In this document: one piece after another, positions 48,235 to 58,718 of the stretch
How positions within the stretch are numbered: position 1 is the stretch's first letter
Layout: every line of letters starts with the position of its first letter
Assembly (NCBI GenBank): GCA_049322655.1
Contig: JBMORP010000002.1
Coordinates: forward strand, 32,923-96,922
Length of the DNA: 64,000 bases
Origin: Patescibacteria group bacterium
Lineage (GTDB): Bacteria > Patescibacteriota > Microgenomatia > UBA1400 > PJMF01
Direction: 5' to 3'
Notes under the pieces: model-generated
Told to the model about the DNA's origin: nothing
The model's input: the letters and a program-made list of their open reading frames with translations, nothing else
Database searches by the model: none
Position numbers and translations under genes: made by a program

Positions 48235-50802
48235 ATGAATTTAAATCGTTTTACTACTAAATCTGCTGAAGCTATTCAGGGCACCATGCAGTTAGCTGGC
48301 AAATTAAAACATCCTGCCATGCAACCTTTGCACCTTTTCTTAGTTCTAGTAGAACAACCTAATGGATTAATTCCATCTTTACTCCAAAAACTAGAACAGG
48401 ATTTGGCTGCTTTAAAATTAAAAATTAAAGATAAACTCTCAACTCTTCCTACAACTGATACAACTACTCAAGCCTATGTTTCACCAGAGCTCCAACAAGT
48501 CTTGGCTAAAGCAGAAACAGAAGCAGGCAAACTCCGAGATGAATACATTAGTACTGAACACTTATTTTTAGGTTTACTAGATAACCAAGAAATCAAACAG
48601 TTAATTGACTTAGACAAAAAAGCTGTCTTGGAAACATTGAAAAAAATTAGAGGCAACCAAAAAGTAACTGATCCAGATCCAGAAGGTAAATACCAAGCCT
48701 TAGAAAAATATACTCAAGACTTTACTGAGCTGGCCAAACAAGGAAAAATCGATCCAGTCATTGGTCGAGATGAGGAGATCCGACGTATTACCCAAATTCT
48801 TTCTAGAAGAACTAAAAACAACCCAGTGCTAGTCGGAGAACCGGGTACTGGTAAAACAGCGATTGTTGAAGGTCTAGCCAAAAAAATCGTTGACCATGAT
48901 GTACCAGATGTATTAAAAAACAAAAAAATCCTCAATCTGGATATGGGAGCGTTAATTGCTGGCGCCAAATATCGTGGTGAGTTTGAAGATCGCCTCAAAG
49001 CTGTCATTAAGGATATTGAAGCCGCTGATGGTGAAATCATTTTATTTATTGATGAACTTCATACTATTGTTGGTGCAGGCGCTCAAGAAGGCTCAACTGA
49101 TGCTGGTAACTTACTCAAACCAGCTCTTGCTCGTGGCAAACTCAGAACTATTGGGGCAACTACTTTAAAAGAATATCGAAAATACATCGAAAAAGATGCT
49201 GCTTTGGAGCGCCGTTTTCAACCAGTCATAGTGGAAGAACCTTCAGTAGATGATTCACTTTCGATTTTACGAGGTATTAAAGAAAAATATGAAACTCACC
49301 ACGGTGTCAAAATCCGTGACAACGCTTTAGTTGCTGCCGTCAAACTTTCTCATCGTTATATCGCTGATAGATTCTTACCAGATAAAGCCATTGACCTCAT
49401 GGATGAGGCTGCCTCAGCCATTAGAATCGAGATTGAAAGCAAACCAACCATCATTGATGCTTTGGAAAGAAAAATTCGCCAACTAGAAATCGAAAAAGCT
49501 GCTTTAACCAAAGAAAAAGATGATCAAAGTAAAGAGCGACTCAAAGAAATAGAAAAAGAAATTGCTGAACTAACCGAGAAACACAAGCAATTAGAACTTC
49601 ATTGGCAAGCAGAAAAAAATACTATTGATAAAATCAAAAAATCCAGCAAACAAATCGATGAACTCAAAGAACAAGCCATTCAAGCTGAGCGTAATTACGA
49701 TTTACAAAAAGTGGCAGAAATCAACTATGGCAAAATTCCAGAGTTAGAAACTGCAATAAAAACAGCTAAAGCAGAATTGAAAAAGATTCAAACTAATCAA
49801 AAAATCCTCAAAGAAGAAGTTACTCAAGAGGATATTGCCCGAGTTGTAGCCCGCTGGACCGGTATTCCAGTCGAAAAAATGCTCGCTGAAGAGGGCGATA
49901 AATTAACCAAACTCGAAGATGAAATTGCTGAGCGAGTTGTTGGTCAAAGAAAGGCCATTGTTGCCGTAGCTAATGCTATTCGTCGCAATCGAGCTGGCAT
50001 AGGTGAGGAAGGGAAACCAATCGGTTCTTTCATCTTCATGGGACCAACTGGCGTAGGTAAAACAGAGCTAGCCAAAACTTTGGCTGAAGTACTGTTTGAT
50101 GATGAAAAAATGATGATCAGAATCGATATGAGTGAATACATGGAAAAACATTCTGTGGCCAGATTAATTGGTTCACCTCCCGGTTATGTTGGCTATGAAG
50201 AGGGTGGACAATTGACTGAAGCAGTTAGACGCAGACCATACTCGGTCATTTTATTTGATGAAATAGAAAAAGCCCACCATGATGTTTTTAATACCTTGCT
50301 TCAAGTTTTAGATGATGGCAGATTAACCGATAGTAAAGGCAGAACAGTTGATTTTAAAAACACCGTGATTATTATGACCTCAAATCTGGGCAGTGAACTA
50401 ATTGCCGACTTTAAAGACGAGCCAATTAAACAAGAACAAGAAGTTCATAAATTACTTAAACAACAATTCAGACCAGAATTCTTGAATCGAATTGATGATA
50501 TTATTATTTTCCAACCACTAGCTGAAAAAGAAATCACCAACATTGTTGATCTTCAAGTTTCAGAATTGAAAAAAAGGCTTAAAGAAAATAAAAATATTGA
50601 GCTCATTGTTTCAGCTAAAGCGATTAAATATTTTGCAAGTGCTGGTTATGACTCAATCTTTGGTGCTAGACCACTGAAAAGACTAATTCAAAAAGAGCTC
50701 TTAGATCCGCTCTCTTTAGAAATTATTCAGGGACAAATTAAAGAAGGTGACAAAATAAAAGCTGAGTTTGATGGTCGAAAAATTACTTTTAAATCAAGCT
50801 AA
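48235..50802 (+). CDS. clpB: ATP-dependent chaperone ClpB
   Basis: Two AAA+ domains ([16 protein letters not shown]), coiled-coil M domain, AAGGAG RBS. Confidence 0.97.
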   Translation: MNLNRFTTKSAEAIQGTMQLAGKLKHPAMQPLHLFLVLVEQPNGLIPSLLQKLEQDLAALKLKIKDKLSTLPTTDTTTQAYVSPELQQVLAKAETEAGKLRDEYISTEHLFLGLLDNQEIKQLIDLDKKAVLETLKKIRGNQKVTDPDPEGKYQALEKYTQDFTELAKQGKIDPVIGRDEEIRRITQILSRRTKNNPVLVGEPGTGKTAIVEGLAKKIVDHDVPDVLKNKKILNLDMGALIAGAKYRGEFEDRLKAVIKDIEAADGEIILFIDELHTIVGAGAQEGSTDAGNLLKPALARGKLRTIGATTLKEYRKYIEKDAALERRFQPVIVEEPSVDDSLSILRGIKEKYETHHGVKIRDNALVAAVKLSHRYIADRFLPDKAIDLMDEAASAIRIEIESKPTIIDALERKIRQLEIEKAALTKEKDDQSKERLKEIEKEIAELTEKHKQLELHWQAEKNTIDKIKKSSKQIDELKEQAIQAERNYDLQKVAEINYGKIPELETAIKTAKAELKKIQTNQKILKEEVTQEDIARVVARWTGIPVEKMLAEEGDKLTKLEDEIAERVVGQRKAIVAVANAIRRNRAGIGEEGKPIGSFIFMGPTGVGKTELAKTLAEVLFDDEKMMIRIDMSEYMEKHSVARLIGSPPGYVGYEEGGQLTEAVRRRPYSVILFDEIEKAHHDVFNTLLQVLDDGRLTDSKGRTVDFKNTVIIMTSNLGSELIADFKDEPIKQEQEVHKLLKQQFRPEFLNRIDDIIIFQPLAEKEITNIVDLQVSELKKRLKENKNIELIVSAKAIKYFASAGYDSIFGARPLKRLIQKELLDPLSLEIIQGQIKEGDKIKAEFDGRKITFKSS

Positions 50803-50855
50803 TTTTTCTATTAGAAAAAAAACTAGACCATGCTACAATACTGGTTATCGTTTTT

Positions 50856-50929
50856 GGGTGTGTAGCTCAGGTGGTTAGAGCGCTGTCCTGATAAGACAGA
50901 GGTCCCATGTTCGAGTCATGGCACACCCA
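50856..50929 (+). tRNA. tRNA-Ile(GAT)
   Basis: GGGTGTG/CACACCC acceptor, anticodon arm CTGTC-CTGATAA-GACAG. Confidence 0.95.
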
Positions 50930-50988
50930 CTTTTTTATTTCCTGATAAAATTATTGTTGTTGCTTGACTAGATAGCGCATTGGCCAAA

Positions 50989-52200
50989 CTAAACTAAACT
51001 AAACTGCAACAAAATAAAAAAGATTGGTAAAAACTTCATCGTTGTTTCTAAACCAAAAATATTCATGCCCACAATAAAACTCAATAAGCCAATAATTCTA
51101 CCTAAGTTAAAAAAGATTTCGTTATCAACTACATAAGCATACCCAGCCTCATCTGTTTGGCCAGCTAGTTCTTGATCCATAGCATTCATCACCAAAGTAT
51201 AACTACTATTCCATCTGGCAACTTCAAACAAAGTTATTACCACCAAATAAATAATCGCTGTTAATAAAGAAAACTGCCAACTGAGCAACAAAAAACTGCC
51301 TAAGTATAAAAAATGAGCCAGATTCATAAAACCAACAAATTGCTTAGTTTTCATTTTTCGAGCAATGATATATAAACTACCAGCTGCTAATAATTGGGTA
51401 ACAGCTTGAAAAGTACCCACTAAACCTTCTTTAGCACCAAAATATAAAATTAAAAGAGTGGGATAAAATAAATTAATACCAAAAAAAGCACTATAAATAA
51501 AGTTAATTAGCCTTGCCATTGTCCAATTTTTTGATTTTTTAGTCACAAATAACTTAGCAGAACCGATATCAGCAAAATTTGCTAACTTCATCAGTAAGCC
51601 ACTAATAAATAGTAATATCAGCGCCAAAATAATCATAATTTTATAAGCACTATCGACTGAGTAAAAAGCCAACCTTTCCCCTGAAACAATAAACCAACCC
51701 ACCAGCAAGGGAATAACCACACCAACTATTAGTCGGATTGCTGTCTCAATAGAGTTATAGTACAAACGATTTTTACCTCTACTAAGTAGGTAACTTAAGG
51801 AATTTTTATTGGCCCAAAAAAATGAAGCCGTAAAACCAAAAATCAAACCATAAAACAAAATTAAACCAGGATTTAATTGCTTAGAGAAAATCGCCAAGGC
51901 AGCCCCAAAACCTTGAAAAACCACGCCAAAAAAATACAAATCTTTGACATGGAATTTTTTGAGTATCAAACCATTAATCCAAAAGCCCAGTGGTAAACCA
52001 AAAACCCAACCAACATAATACAAAATAATTAATAATGCTCCATTGGTCTGCCTCCATAAAAAAGTATTCATAAAAACATCTAGCAGTGGCCTAGCCATTA
52101 AATAAAAAGCATAAGACAACATCAACCGTTGCAAATTAGAACCCATCTCTTGAAAGTAACCCCACTCAATAGCCATTCTACGTAATAAATTATTTTTCAC
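50989..52200 (-). CDS. MFS-type transporter
   Basis: About 12 hydrophobic segments in 403 aa. Confidence 0.75.
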   Translation of the reverse strand: MKNNLLRRMAIEWGYFQEMGSNLQRLMLSYAFYLMARPLLDVFMNTFLWRQTNGALLIILYYVGWVFGLPLGFWINGLILKKFHVKDLYFFGVVFQGFGAALAIFSKQLNPGLILFYGLIFGFTASFFWANKNSLSYLLSRGKNRLYYNSIETAIRLIVGVVIPLLVGWFIVSGERLAFYSVDSAYKIMIILALILLFISGLLMKLANFADIGSAKLFVTKKSKNWTMARLINFIYSAFFGINLFYPTLLILYFGAKEGLVGTFQAVTQLLAAGSLYIIARKMKTKQFVGFMNLAHFLYLGSFLLLSWQFSLLTAIIYLVVITLFEVARWNSSYTLVMNAMDQELAGQTDEAGYAYVVDNEIFFNLGRIIGLLSFIVGMNIFGLETTMKFLPIFFILLQFSLV

Positions 52201-52212
52201 AATGAAGAGATT

Positions 52213-53082
52213 CTACATGTTAATAATTAAAATTACGCCAACAAAAGTGATTAGTGCTCCAATAAATTTTTGGCCAAGATGTTTTTTTTCATTTAGTAAC
52301 AAGGCACTCAGTAAAACAGTAAAAATCACACTAGTTTGAAAAATAGGGGAGATCAATGAAGCCTGGCCACCCCAACGATAGGCTGTAAAGTAAGCGATCG
52401 TAGCAAAACAATAAAAAATAATTGATGAAAGTAGTAAGTTAATTGCTTTAAATGAAGAAAAATAAAACTTTATTTTAGTTAATAACTTGGGTCTAACCAA
52501 TAAAATAGCTAAAGCAGGTAACAGAAAAATCAAGAACATATATGAAGCAACCGAATCAAATAAATTCATAATAAAGATATCGTTGGTGAAAGCGATACCA
52601 TAAAAAAACGAGCTTACTAAAGCAAACAAATGCCCCTTGTTGAATCGCCAACTAGTTTTTTCAAAATAGGTAAACATAATTCCTAAAATCATGACTATAA
52701 TTCCCCAAACTTGTTGCTGAGTTAATTTTTCTCCCAAAAAAAGTAAAGCTGTTACCACTGACCAAATAGTACTGGTGGGAAATAAAATACTGGCCTCTGA
52801 AGCCTCGGCAAACTCAAAAGCTAGAAAAGACAAAATATTTCCAGCAGCATACAGAACTATCATCGCTAAAACATTGAGCCAAACACTACTTAGGTCTGGA
52901 ATAGCAAAAGTATTAGTTGCCAAACCATAAAGTAAAAAGATTAGAGCCGCTGCAAACTGAAAAATAAAACTTAAAGTAATTGAGTCATGCTTAGGATTGG
53001 CCATGACTTTTTTTTGAAAAATTCTGGCAAAAGCAGCAATGACTGCAGCAATGATAACTAGAAAAATCCAGGGTTGAAACAT
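52213..53082 (-). CDS. EamA/DMT-family transporter (start likely ATG 53082)
   Basis: Ten TM segments; two repeats ending LFLGEKL and LLLNEK. Confidence 0.88.
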   Translation of the reverse strand: MFQPWIFLVIIAAVIAAFARIFQKKVMANPKHDSITLSFIFQFAAALIFLLYGLATNTFAIPDLSSVWLNVLAMIVLYAAGNILSFLAFEFAEASEASILFPTSTIWSVVTALLFLGEKLTQQQVWGIIVMILGIMFTYFEKTSWRFNKGHLFALVSSFFYGIAFTNDIFIMNLFDSVASYMFLIFLLPALAILLVRPKLLTKIKFYFSSFKAINLLLSSIIFYCFATIAYFTAYRWGGQASLISPIFQTSVIFTVLLSALLLNEKKHLGQKFIGALITFVGVILIINM

Positions 53083-53112
53083 AGCGACTATTATAGTTAC
53101 ACTGGTGAGGAA

Positions 53113-53667
53113 ATGCGCAAGCAAAATAAGAAAAAATTTTCGTTTTTTGTTAGTTTTTGGACTTTTTTGAGATTAGTAGCTGTGGTTACGCTTTGGATTT
53201 GGCATCCATTTTGGGGAGCTGTTTTCAATATTTTAATTGATGCTGTTGATGGTCATATGTTTGAGTATTTTGGAGTTAAAAGAAATACTTATGAAATTTA
53301 CGATAAGTGGCTGGATCTCTGGTTTTATATCGCTATATTTATCTATACCATCCAAAAACTAACTGGCTCACCTTACTATTGGTTGCTAATTATTCTTTTT
53401 ATCATTAGATTGATTGGTAATTTAAGCTACTTCAAGTTTAATAAAGAATGGTTATTATTTGTCCTACCCAACCTTTTAGAACCAGTTTTTTTGGTCGTAG
53501 TCGGTTTTCCAGTAATTTTTGTTTGGTGGGGAAATCTAACAGTTTTTACAGTTATTTTTGTGGTAAAAATGTTTATTGAATGGTGGATTCATATTGCTAA
53601 ATTAGATCTTACTAGCTTACTAATCGGCAAACCTACCAGATGGTATAGAAACAAAAACTCGGCTTGA
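53113..53667 (+). CDS. Membrane protein with a degenerate CDP-alcohol phosphotransferase-like motif
   Basis: DAVDG...DKWLD within about 6 TM segments. Confidence 0.6.
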   Translation: MRKQNKKKFSFFVSFWTFLRLVAVVTLWIWHPFWGAVFNILIDAVDGHMFEYFGVKRNTYEIYDKWLDLWFYIAIFIYTIQKLTGSPYYWLLIILFIIRLIGNLSYFKFNKEWLLFVLPNLLEPVFLVVVGFPVIFVWWGNLTVFTVIFVVKMFIEWWIHIAKLDLTSLLIGKPTRWYRNKNSA

Positions 53668-53691
53668 AAACCTCAATTTGAACCTTGTCTT

Positions 53692-53718
53692 TTAGCAGAC
53701 AAAAATATAGAATGCTAA
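53692..53718. promoter_or_regulatory. CIRCE box overlapping the lon promoter
   Basis: TTAGCAGAC-N9-GAATGCTAA overlapping TTGTCT-17 nt-TAGAAT. Confidence 0.8.
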
Positions 53719-53740
53719 TTCAATTAAAAGGAATTTACTC

Positions 53741-56146
53741 ATGAGCGGGATATCTGAAAAAACTACCTCAGACCAACCAACTAATTTACCAACTAGTAGT
53801 AACTTACCGGTTGACCAATTAAAACTACCAGTTGTGCCTCTCAAAGAGGGTATTCTATTTCCAGCCACTGAATCGGTTTTGACTTTTGGGAGAAAAATTT
53901 CTTTAACTGGTCTTAAAGCGGCTACCCAAAATCCCAAAAAACTGGTAGTCCTAGTGGCACAAAAAAAAACCTCAATTATTAATCCTAAGACCAAAGACTT
54001 ATATGACATTGGCACTTTGGCAGTGGTAGAAAGAACCATCAAAACTGATGACACTGTTAATGCTCTGGTAAGGGGAATTGGTAGAATCAAAATTCAACAG
54101 TTTACCCAAGAAAAACCCTACTTGGAGGCAAATGTCAATAGAGTTAGAGATATTGAATTAAATGATGATGAAACCAAAGCACTAGCTAACCATTTACAGA
54201 AATCATTCCGTAAAACAGTGCAAATGGGCAAACCAGTTGAATTTCTTAATTTCATGAAATTACTAAGTGGAGTTAGAGCTGGAGAACTAGCTGACCAAAT
54301 TGCCAGCACCCTAAATTTATCAACTCAAATTAAACAATCAATCCTGGAAATTATTGATGTTAAACAAAGACTAAAAACTGTTGCTGACCATCTTTCTAGA
54401 GAAATTAAAATCTTGGAAATAGAGAAAGATGTGGTTTATAAAACTCAAGAAAAATTTGATAAACACATGCGAGAAAGTGTCTTAAGAGAAAGACTAAGAA
54501 CCATTCAAAAAGAACTTGGTGAGATCGATGACGAAGATGAGTTGGCTGACTCGTATCTAACCAAATTAACTAAGCTAAAAGTCAATCAAGATATTAAAAA
54601 AACCATCAAAAAAGAAATCAAACGCCTAAGACAAATGTCTCCAAACAACCCAGAGACTGGTTACATCCGCTCTTGGCTCGATATTATTTTTGATTTGCCT
54701 TGGGGTAAAACTTCTCAAGAAAAAGTTGATCTTAAACAAGCTCAAAAGGTTTTGGATTTGTATCATTATGGTTTGGAAGACGTAAAAGATAGAGTTTTGG
54801 AGTACATTGCTGTTTTGCAACTTAAACAAAAAAACAAAGCCACAGAAAACGATGCTACCCCAACTATTTTATGTTTTGCCGGTCCTCCAGGAGTAGGTAA
54901 AACTAGTATCGGCAAATCTATTGCCCAAGCTCTTGGTAGAGAGTTTATTAAAGTTTCACTAGGGGGAATTAGAGATGAGGCTGAAATCAGAGGCCATCGC
55001 AAAACTTATGTCGGAGCCATGACCGGTAAAATTATTGCAGGTATTAAACAAGCCAAAACCATGAACCCAGTCTTTATGTTAGACGAAGTTGATAAGATTG
55101 GTAATGACTTTCGTGGTGATCCAGCAGCTGCTTTACTAGAGGTATTAGATCCAGAACAAAATAAAGAATTCGTTGATCACTACTTAGACCTTCCCTTTGA
55201 CCTATCAAAAACCATTTTTATTACTACAGCTAATACTTTGGATACTATTCCGCCTGCTCTCAGAGATCGTTTGGAAATCATCAATTATTCTGGTTATACC
55301 CACGAAGAAAAATTCAATATTGTTAAAAAACATTTATTAGCAAAGGTCATCAAAACCAATGGCCTAAAAGAAGAAAATATTGAGCTAGCAGATGAAGTCA
55401 TTAATAAAGTGATTAGTGGCTATACTAGGGAAGCTGGAGTCAGAAACCTGGAAAGAACTTTACACACTATTGCCAGAAAAATAGCTAAAACTCTGGTGCT
55501 TAACCCCAAAAAGACAAAAGTTGTTGTGAGTAGCAAAGATCTTAAAAAATTTCTTGGTCCACAGAAATTTGATGATGGTCTTGCAGAGAAAAAAGACATG
55601 GTTGGGGCAGCCACCGGTCTGGCTTGGACAGCTGTGGGCGGCGATATTCTTTTTGTTGAAGTAGCTTTAGCTCCAGGTAAAGGCAGGATCCAAATTACTG
55701 GTCAGCTAGGTGAAGTGATGAAAGAATCAGCACAAGCTGCCTTTACTTATGTCAAAGCCAACCTAAAAAAACTTGGTATTAGTGAAAACAAAATCAACAA
55801 AACTGATATTCATATTCATGTTCCTGAGGGAGCCGTCCCTAAAGACGGACCTTCAGCAGGCGTAACTTTGACTACCGCGATTGTTTCTGCCTTTACTTCT
55901 ATCGCTGTAAAAAGAACTGTAGCCATGACTGGCGAAGTGACTTTAAGAGGCAAAGTATTGAGAATTGGAGGCCTAAAAGAAAAATCAATTGCGGCTCACC
56001 GAGCAGGAATCACCACGGTTATTATTCCTCAAGAAAACGAACGAGATCTAGAAAAAATACCGAAATCAGTCAAAAAATCAGTTACTTTTAAACCAGTTTC
56101 CTCAGTAGATGAAGTGTTAAAACTAGCTCTGACAAAAACTCTTTAA
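53741..56146 (+). CDS. lon: Lon protease
   Basis: GPPGVGKT, RGHRKTYVGAM, PKDGPSAG, IGGLKEK. Confidence 0.97.
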   Translation: MSGISEKTTSDQPTNLPTSSNLPVDQLKLPVVPLKEGILFPATESVLTFGRKISLTGLKAATQNPKKLVVLVAQKKTSIINPKTKDLYDIGTLAVVERTIKTDDTVNALVRGIGRIKIQQFTQEKPYLEANVNRVRDIELNDDETKALANHLQKSFRKTVQMGKPVEFLNFMKLLSGVRAGELADQIASTLNLSTQIKQSILEIIDVKQRLKTVADHLSREIKILEIEKDVVYKTQEKFDKHMRESVLRERLRTIQKELGEIDDEDELADSYLTKLTKLKVNQDIKKTIKKEIKRLRQMSPNNPETGYIRSWLDIIFDLPWGKTSQEKVDLKQAQKVLDLYHYGLEDVKDRVLEYIAVLQLKQKNKATENDATPTILCFAGPPGVGKTSIGKSIAQALGREFIKVSLGGIRDEAEIRGHRKTYVGAMTGKIIAGIKQAKTMNPVFMLDEVDKIGNDFRGDPAAALLEVLDPEQNKEFVDHYLDLPFDLSKTIFITTANTLDTIPPALRDRLEIINYSGYTHEEKFNIVKKHLLAKVIKTNGLKEENIELADEVINKVISGYTREAGVRNLERTLHTIARKIAKTLVLNPKKTKVVVSSKDLKKFLGPQKFDDGLAEKKDMVGAATGLAWTAVGGDILFVEVALAPGKGRIQITGQLGEVMKESAQAAFTYVKANLKKLGISENKINKTDIHIHVPEGAVPKDGPSAGVTLTTAIVSAFTSIAVKRTVAMTGEVTLRGKVLRIGGLKEKSIAAHRAGITTVIIPQENERDLEKIPKSVKKSVTFKPVSSVDEVLKLALTKTL

Positions 56147-56168
56147 AAGTCTGGTAAACTATCTTTAA

Positions 56169-57044
56169 ATGAGAAAACTAATTATTGGCGTTTTTTTGTT
56201 GATTTCTTCTGTAGTTTTTGCTGGTTGCAATCCTCTCACTTGGAAACAGCAAGCCGGTCTCCAAGTCATTACTAATGATGTCAGTGCTAGCTTATTTCTT
56301 GATGATCAATACTTAGACAAAACTCCCTATATTAACAAAAAAATCAAACCAGGAAACTACAACCTCAGGATCCAGCCTGATGACTCCAGCTTGGTCCCTT
56401 ATGACATCCCGATTACTCTGAATAAAGGAACCATTACTGTCGTTGAGTGGCAACCAAATATTAGTCTAGAAACTTCTGGTGGTACTATTTACGAAATGGC
56501 CCAAACCGGAGCCACTAAGCTTGAGTTTCAAACTATCCCCAATAACGCCATCTTGACCCTTGATGACGGAGTCAAACAATTCAGCCCACTGATTATAGAA
56601 GATATCACAGAGGGTAATCACACTTTTGAGATCAGTTTACCTTCTTATATTACTCAACAAAAAGCCATTAACGTAATAAAAAACCACCATATTACTCTTA
56701 CGGTTATTTTAGCTAAAGAACTCCAACCAATTGAACAAAAAGAGGAACTAGAAGTAGTACCAGCCACAACTTCAGCTCAGCCAACTAGTTTGCTCGGTAA
56801 GGTTAACCAAGAGAATATCCAAATTCTAACCACTGGCTTTTTTGTTAATGATCAAGAGGTACTAAGAGTCAGAGAAGAACCCTCGAACCTTGGTAAAGAA
56901 CTGGGTTTTGCTGTCGTTGGCCAAATCTACCCCCTTAAAGAAGAGGTTGAAGGTTGGTTTGGCATAGAATTTCAAAATCAATTGGGTTGGATTAGCAACC
57001 AATATAGCCAAAAAACTGCTTCAACCAGTGCAGAGCAGAATTAA
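56169..57044 (+). CDS. PEGA-domain lipoprotein with a C-terminal SH3b-like domain
   Basis: Lipobox VFAGC; two PEGA-like repeats; LRVREEP...GWF...GWIS. Confidence 0.8.
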   Translation: MRKLIIGVFLLISSVVFAGCNPLTWKQQAGLQVITNDVSASLFLDDQYLDKTPYINKKIKPGNYNLRIQPDDSSLVPYDIPITLNKGTITVVEWQPNISLETSGGTIYEMAQTGATKLEFQTIPNNAILTLDDGVKQFSPLIIEDITEGNHTFEISLPSYITQQKAINVIKNHHITLTVILAKELQPIEQKEELEVVPATTSAQPTSLLGKVNQENIQILTTGFFVNDQEVLRVREEPSNLGKELGFAVVGQIYPLKEEVEGWFGIEFQNQLGWISNQYSQKTASTSAEQN

Positions 57045-57065
57045 GTTTGCTATAGTGTAGGCACT

Positions 57066-57893
57066 ATGCAAATGGAAATGCCCACTTCTCTACAAAATAA
57101 GCCTAAAAACTTGTTTTTACCTATTTTATTAATAGTGGTTGTCACTGGAGTTTTTCTCACCCAAGTCCGCGGATTTTCCTGGGGAACAATCCAGTTGTCC
57201 AGCCCTGCCACTATTACTGTCACTGGTTATGCTGACGGTTCTCAACTTAATCAAAAAGCTCATTTTTATGCTACGGTAAATGCTGAAAATGTCGATAAAG
57301 ATCAAGCTGTAAAAGACTTAACAGAAAAAACTAATGCTTTGATTGATAAAGTCAAAAATTTTGGCATCGAAACCAAAAACATCAAAACTCAGAACCTACA
57401 AGTCTATGAATATGAAGACATCCTTTATGAAGGTGATAATGAAATCATGCCGATGGAAAGTGACTTAATGTATCGAGTTCCAGGTAGACCATATAAAACT
57501 GTGAAAAAATGGAAAGCCAGCAACTCATTATCAATTACGGTAGAAGACGCTAGTAAATCCTCAGAACTTTCAACTTTATTAATCAACTCCGATGCTACTG
57601 ATGTGAGTGGCCCTAATTTCGAGGCTGGTGACACTGCTGAGCTAGAAAAAGAGTTACTAGCAGAAGCGATGAAAAATGCCGAAGCTAAAGCCAACACGAT
57701 TCTAAAAGACTCAAAACAAAAAATCGTGAAAATCATTCAAGTAAGTGAGAGCGGCTATGTTCAACCATATCCAATTGCCTATAAAACAATGCTGCCAATG
57801 GCTGGTGGTGGCATGGAAGATATGGCCATTAACCTTGAACCAGGCTCTCAAGAAATGAACAAGACAATCACTGTTATTTTTGAAATTAGGTAA
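57066..57893 (+). CDS. SIMPL (DUF541) domain protein
   Basis: ITVTG, IKTQN, GPNF, AMKNAEAKA, LEPG...ITVIFEI. Confidence 0.88.
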   Translation: MQMEMPTSLQNKPKNLFLPILLIVVVTGVFLTQVRGFSWGTIQLSSPATITVTGYADGSQLNQKAHFYATVNAENVDKDQAVKDLTEKTNALIDKVKNFGIETKNIKTQNLQVYEYEDILYEGDNEIMPMESDLMYRVPGRPYKTVKKWKASNSLSITVEDASKSSELSTLLINSDATDVSGPNFEAGDTAELEKELLAEAMKNAEAKANTILKDSKQKIVKIIQVSESGYVQPYPIAYKTMLPMAGGGMEDMAINLEPGSQEMNKTITVIFEIR

Positions 57894-57905
57894 TAACAAA
57901 AAAAT

Positions 57906-57933
57906 AGAAACTCCCTAGCAATAGGGAGTTTCT
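57906..57933. terminator. Bidirectional intrinsic terminator
   Basis: AGAAACTCCCTA-gcaa-TAGGGAGTTTCT. Confidence 0.75.
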
Positions 57934-58715
57934 TATTTTTTAACAATCTTACTAATCACCAACTTGGCTTTACTGCTAAGCCGCTTATGAATAGGAATCG
58001 GGCCTGGTTCAGAAGTATGAAATAAAGAAATCATTGATAAAAAGCCGAAAACATTAGTCATGTACCAATACATTATTTTTTCACCAGCAAAAATTGGTTC
58101 AATTAAAATATAAATCAATCCATGAATTGAAAAGAAGATCCCAACAAATAACTTCATTAATTTAAGAAAACGAAAATCACCAAAATCAGAAATCATTAAA
58201 GCCTTAAAAATAATTCCTGCCATTAATGGAGTAGTTAACAAAATTAAATAAAAAACCATTTTAGGAATAAAAAAAGAGAAATCAACCCAAATGTTTAAAG
58301 CTGAAATTAAGGTTGTGAGTACCATCGCTCCAACAAATAAGCTGGTGTGAGAAAACCATAAGTGATAGTACTCTGAATGCTCAAACATATCATAAAGAGG
58401 ATCTTTTCTTCTCTTTAATTCAAAACTTTTAGTTAAGGAGTGAATCACCACAAAAGCAGATAAAAACAAGAAAAAGACTGAGTAAACCGTATCCCAAAAA
58501 AACAACTCATTTTGAGAAATCTCATTTCCCAATTCATTCTTTAAAAGAATAAAAATAAAGCCTTTAAACCAAATATAAGCTATAGGCATTAAAATAAAAG
58601 CATAAAAAAACTGTACTAAATCAAAACGTAAAATCTCTTTTTTGCCATTGTGATTGTAAACCAACAAGCCAGATAAGATTGCTAATAAAGGAATTAGGCC
58701 GACAATAATTTTCAT
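57933..58715 (-). CDS. Hypothetical polytopic membrane protein
   Basis: About 7 TM segments; coupled to the upstream DUF2298 gene. Confidence 0.75.
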   Translation of the reverse strand: MKIIVGLIPLLAILSGLLVYNHNGKKEILRFDLVQFFYAFILMPIAYIWFKGFIFILLKNELGNEISQNELFFWDTVYSVFFLFLSAFVVIHSLTKSFELKRRKDPLYDMFEHSEYYHLWFSHTSLFVGAMVLTTLISALNIWVDFSFFIPKMVFYLILLTTPLMAGIIFKALMISDFGDFRFLKLMKLFVGIFFSIHGLIYILIEPIFAGEKIMYWYMTNVFGFLSMISLFHTSEPGPIPIHKRLSSKAKLVISKIVKK

Positions 58716-58718
58716 AGT

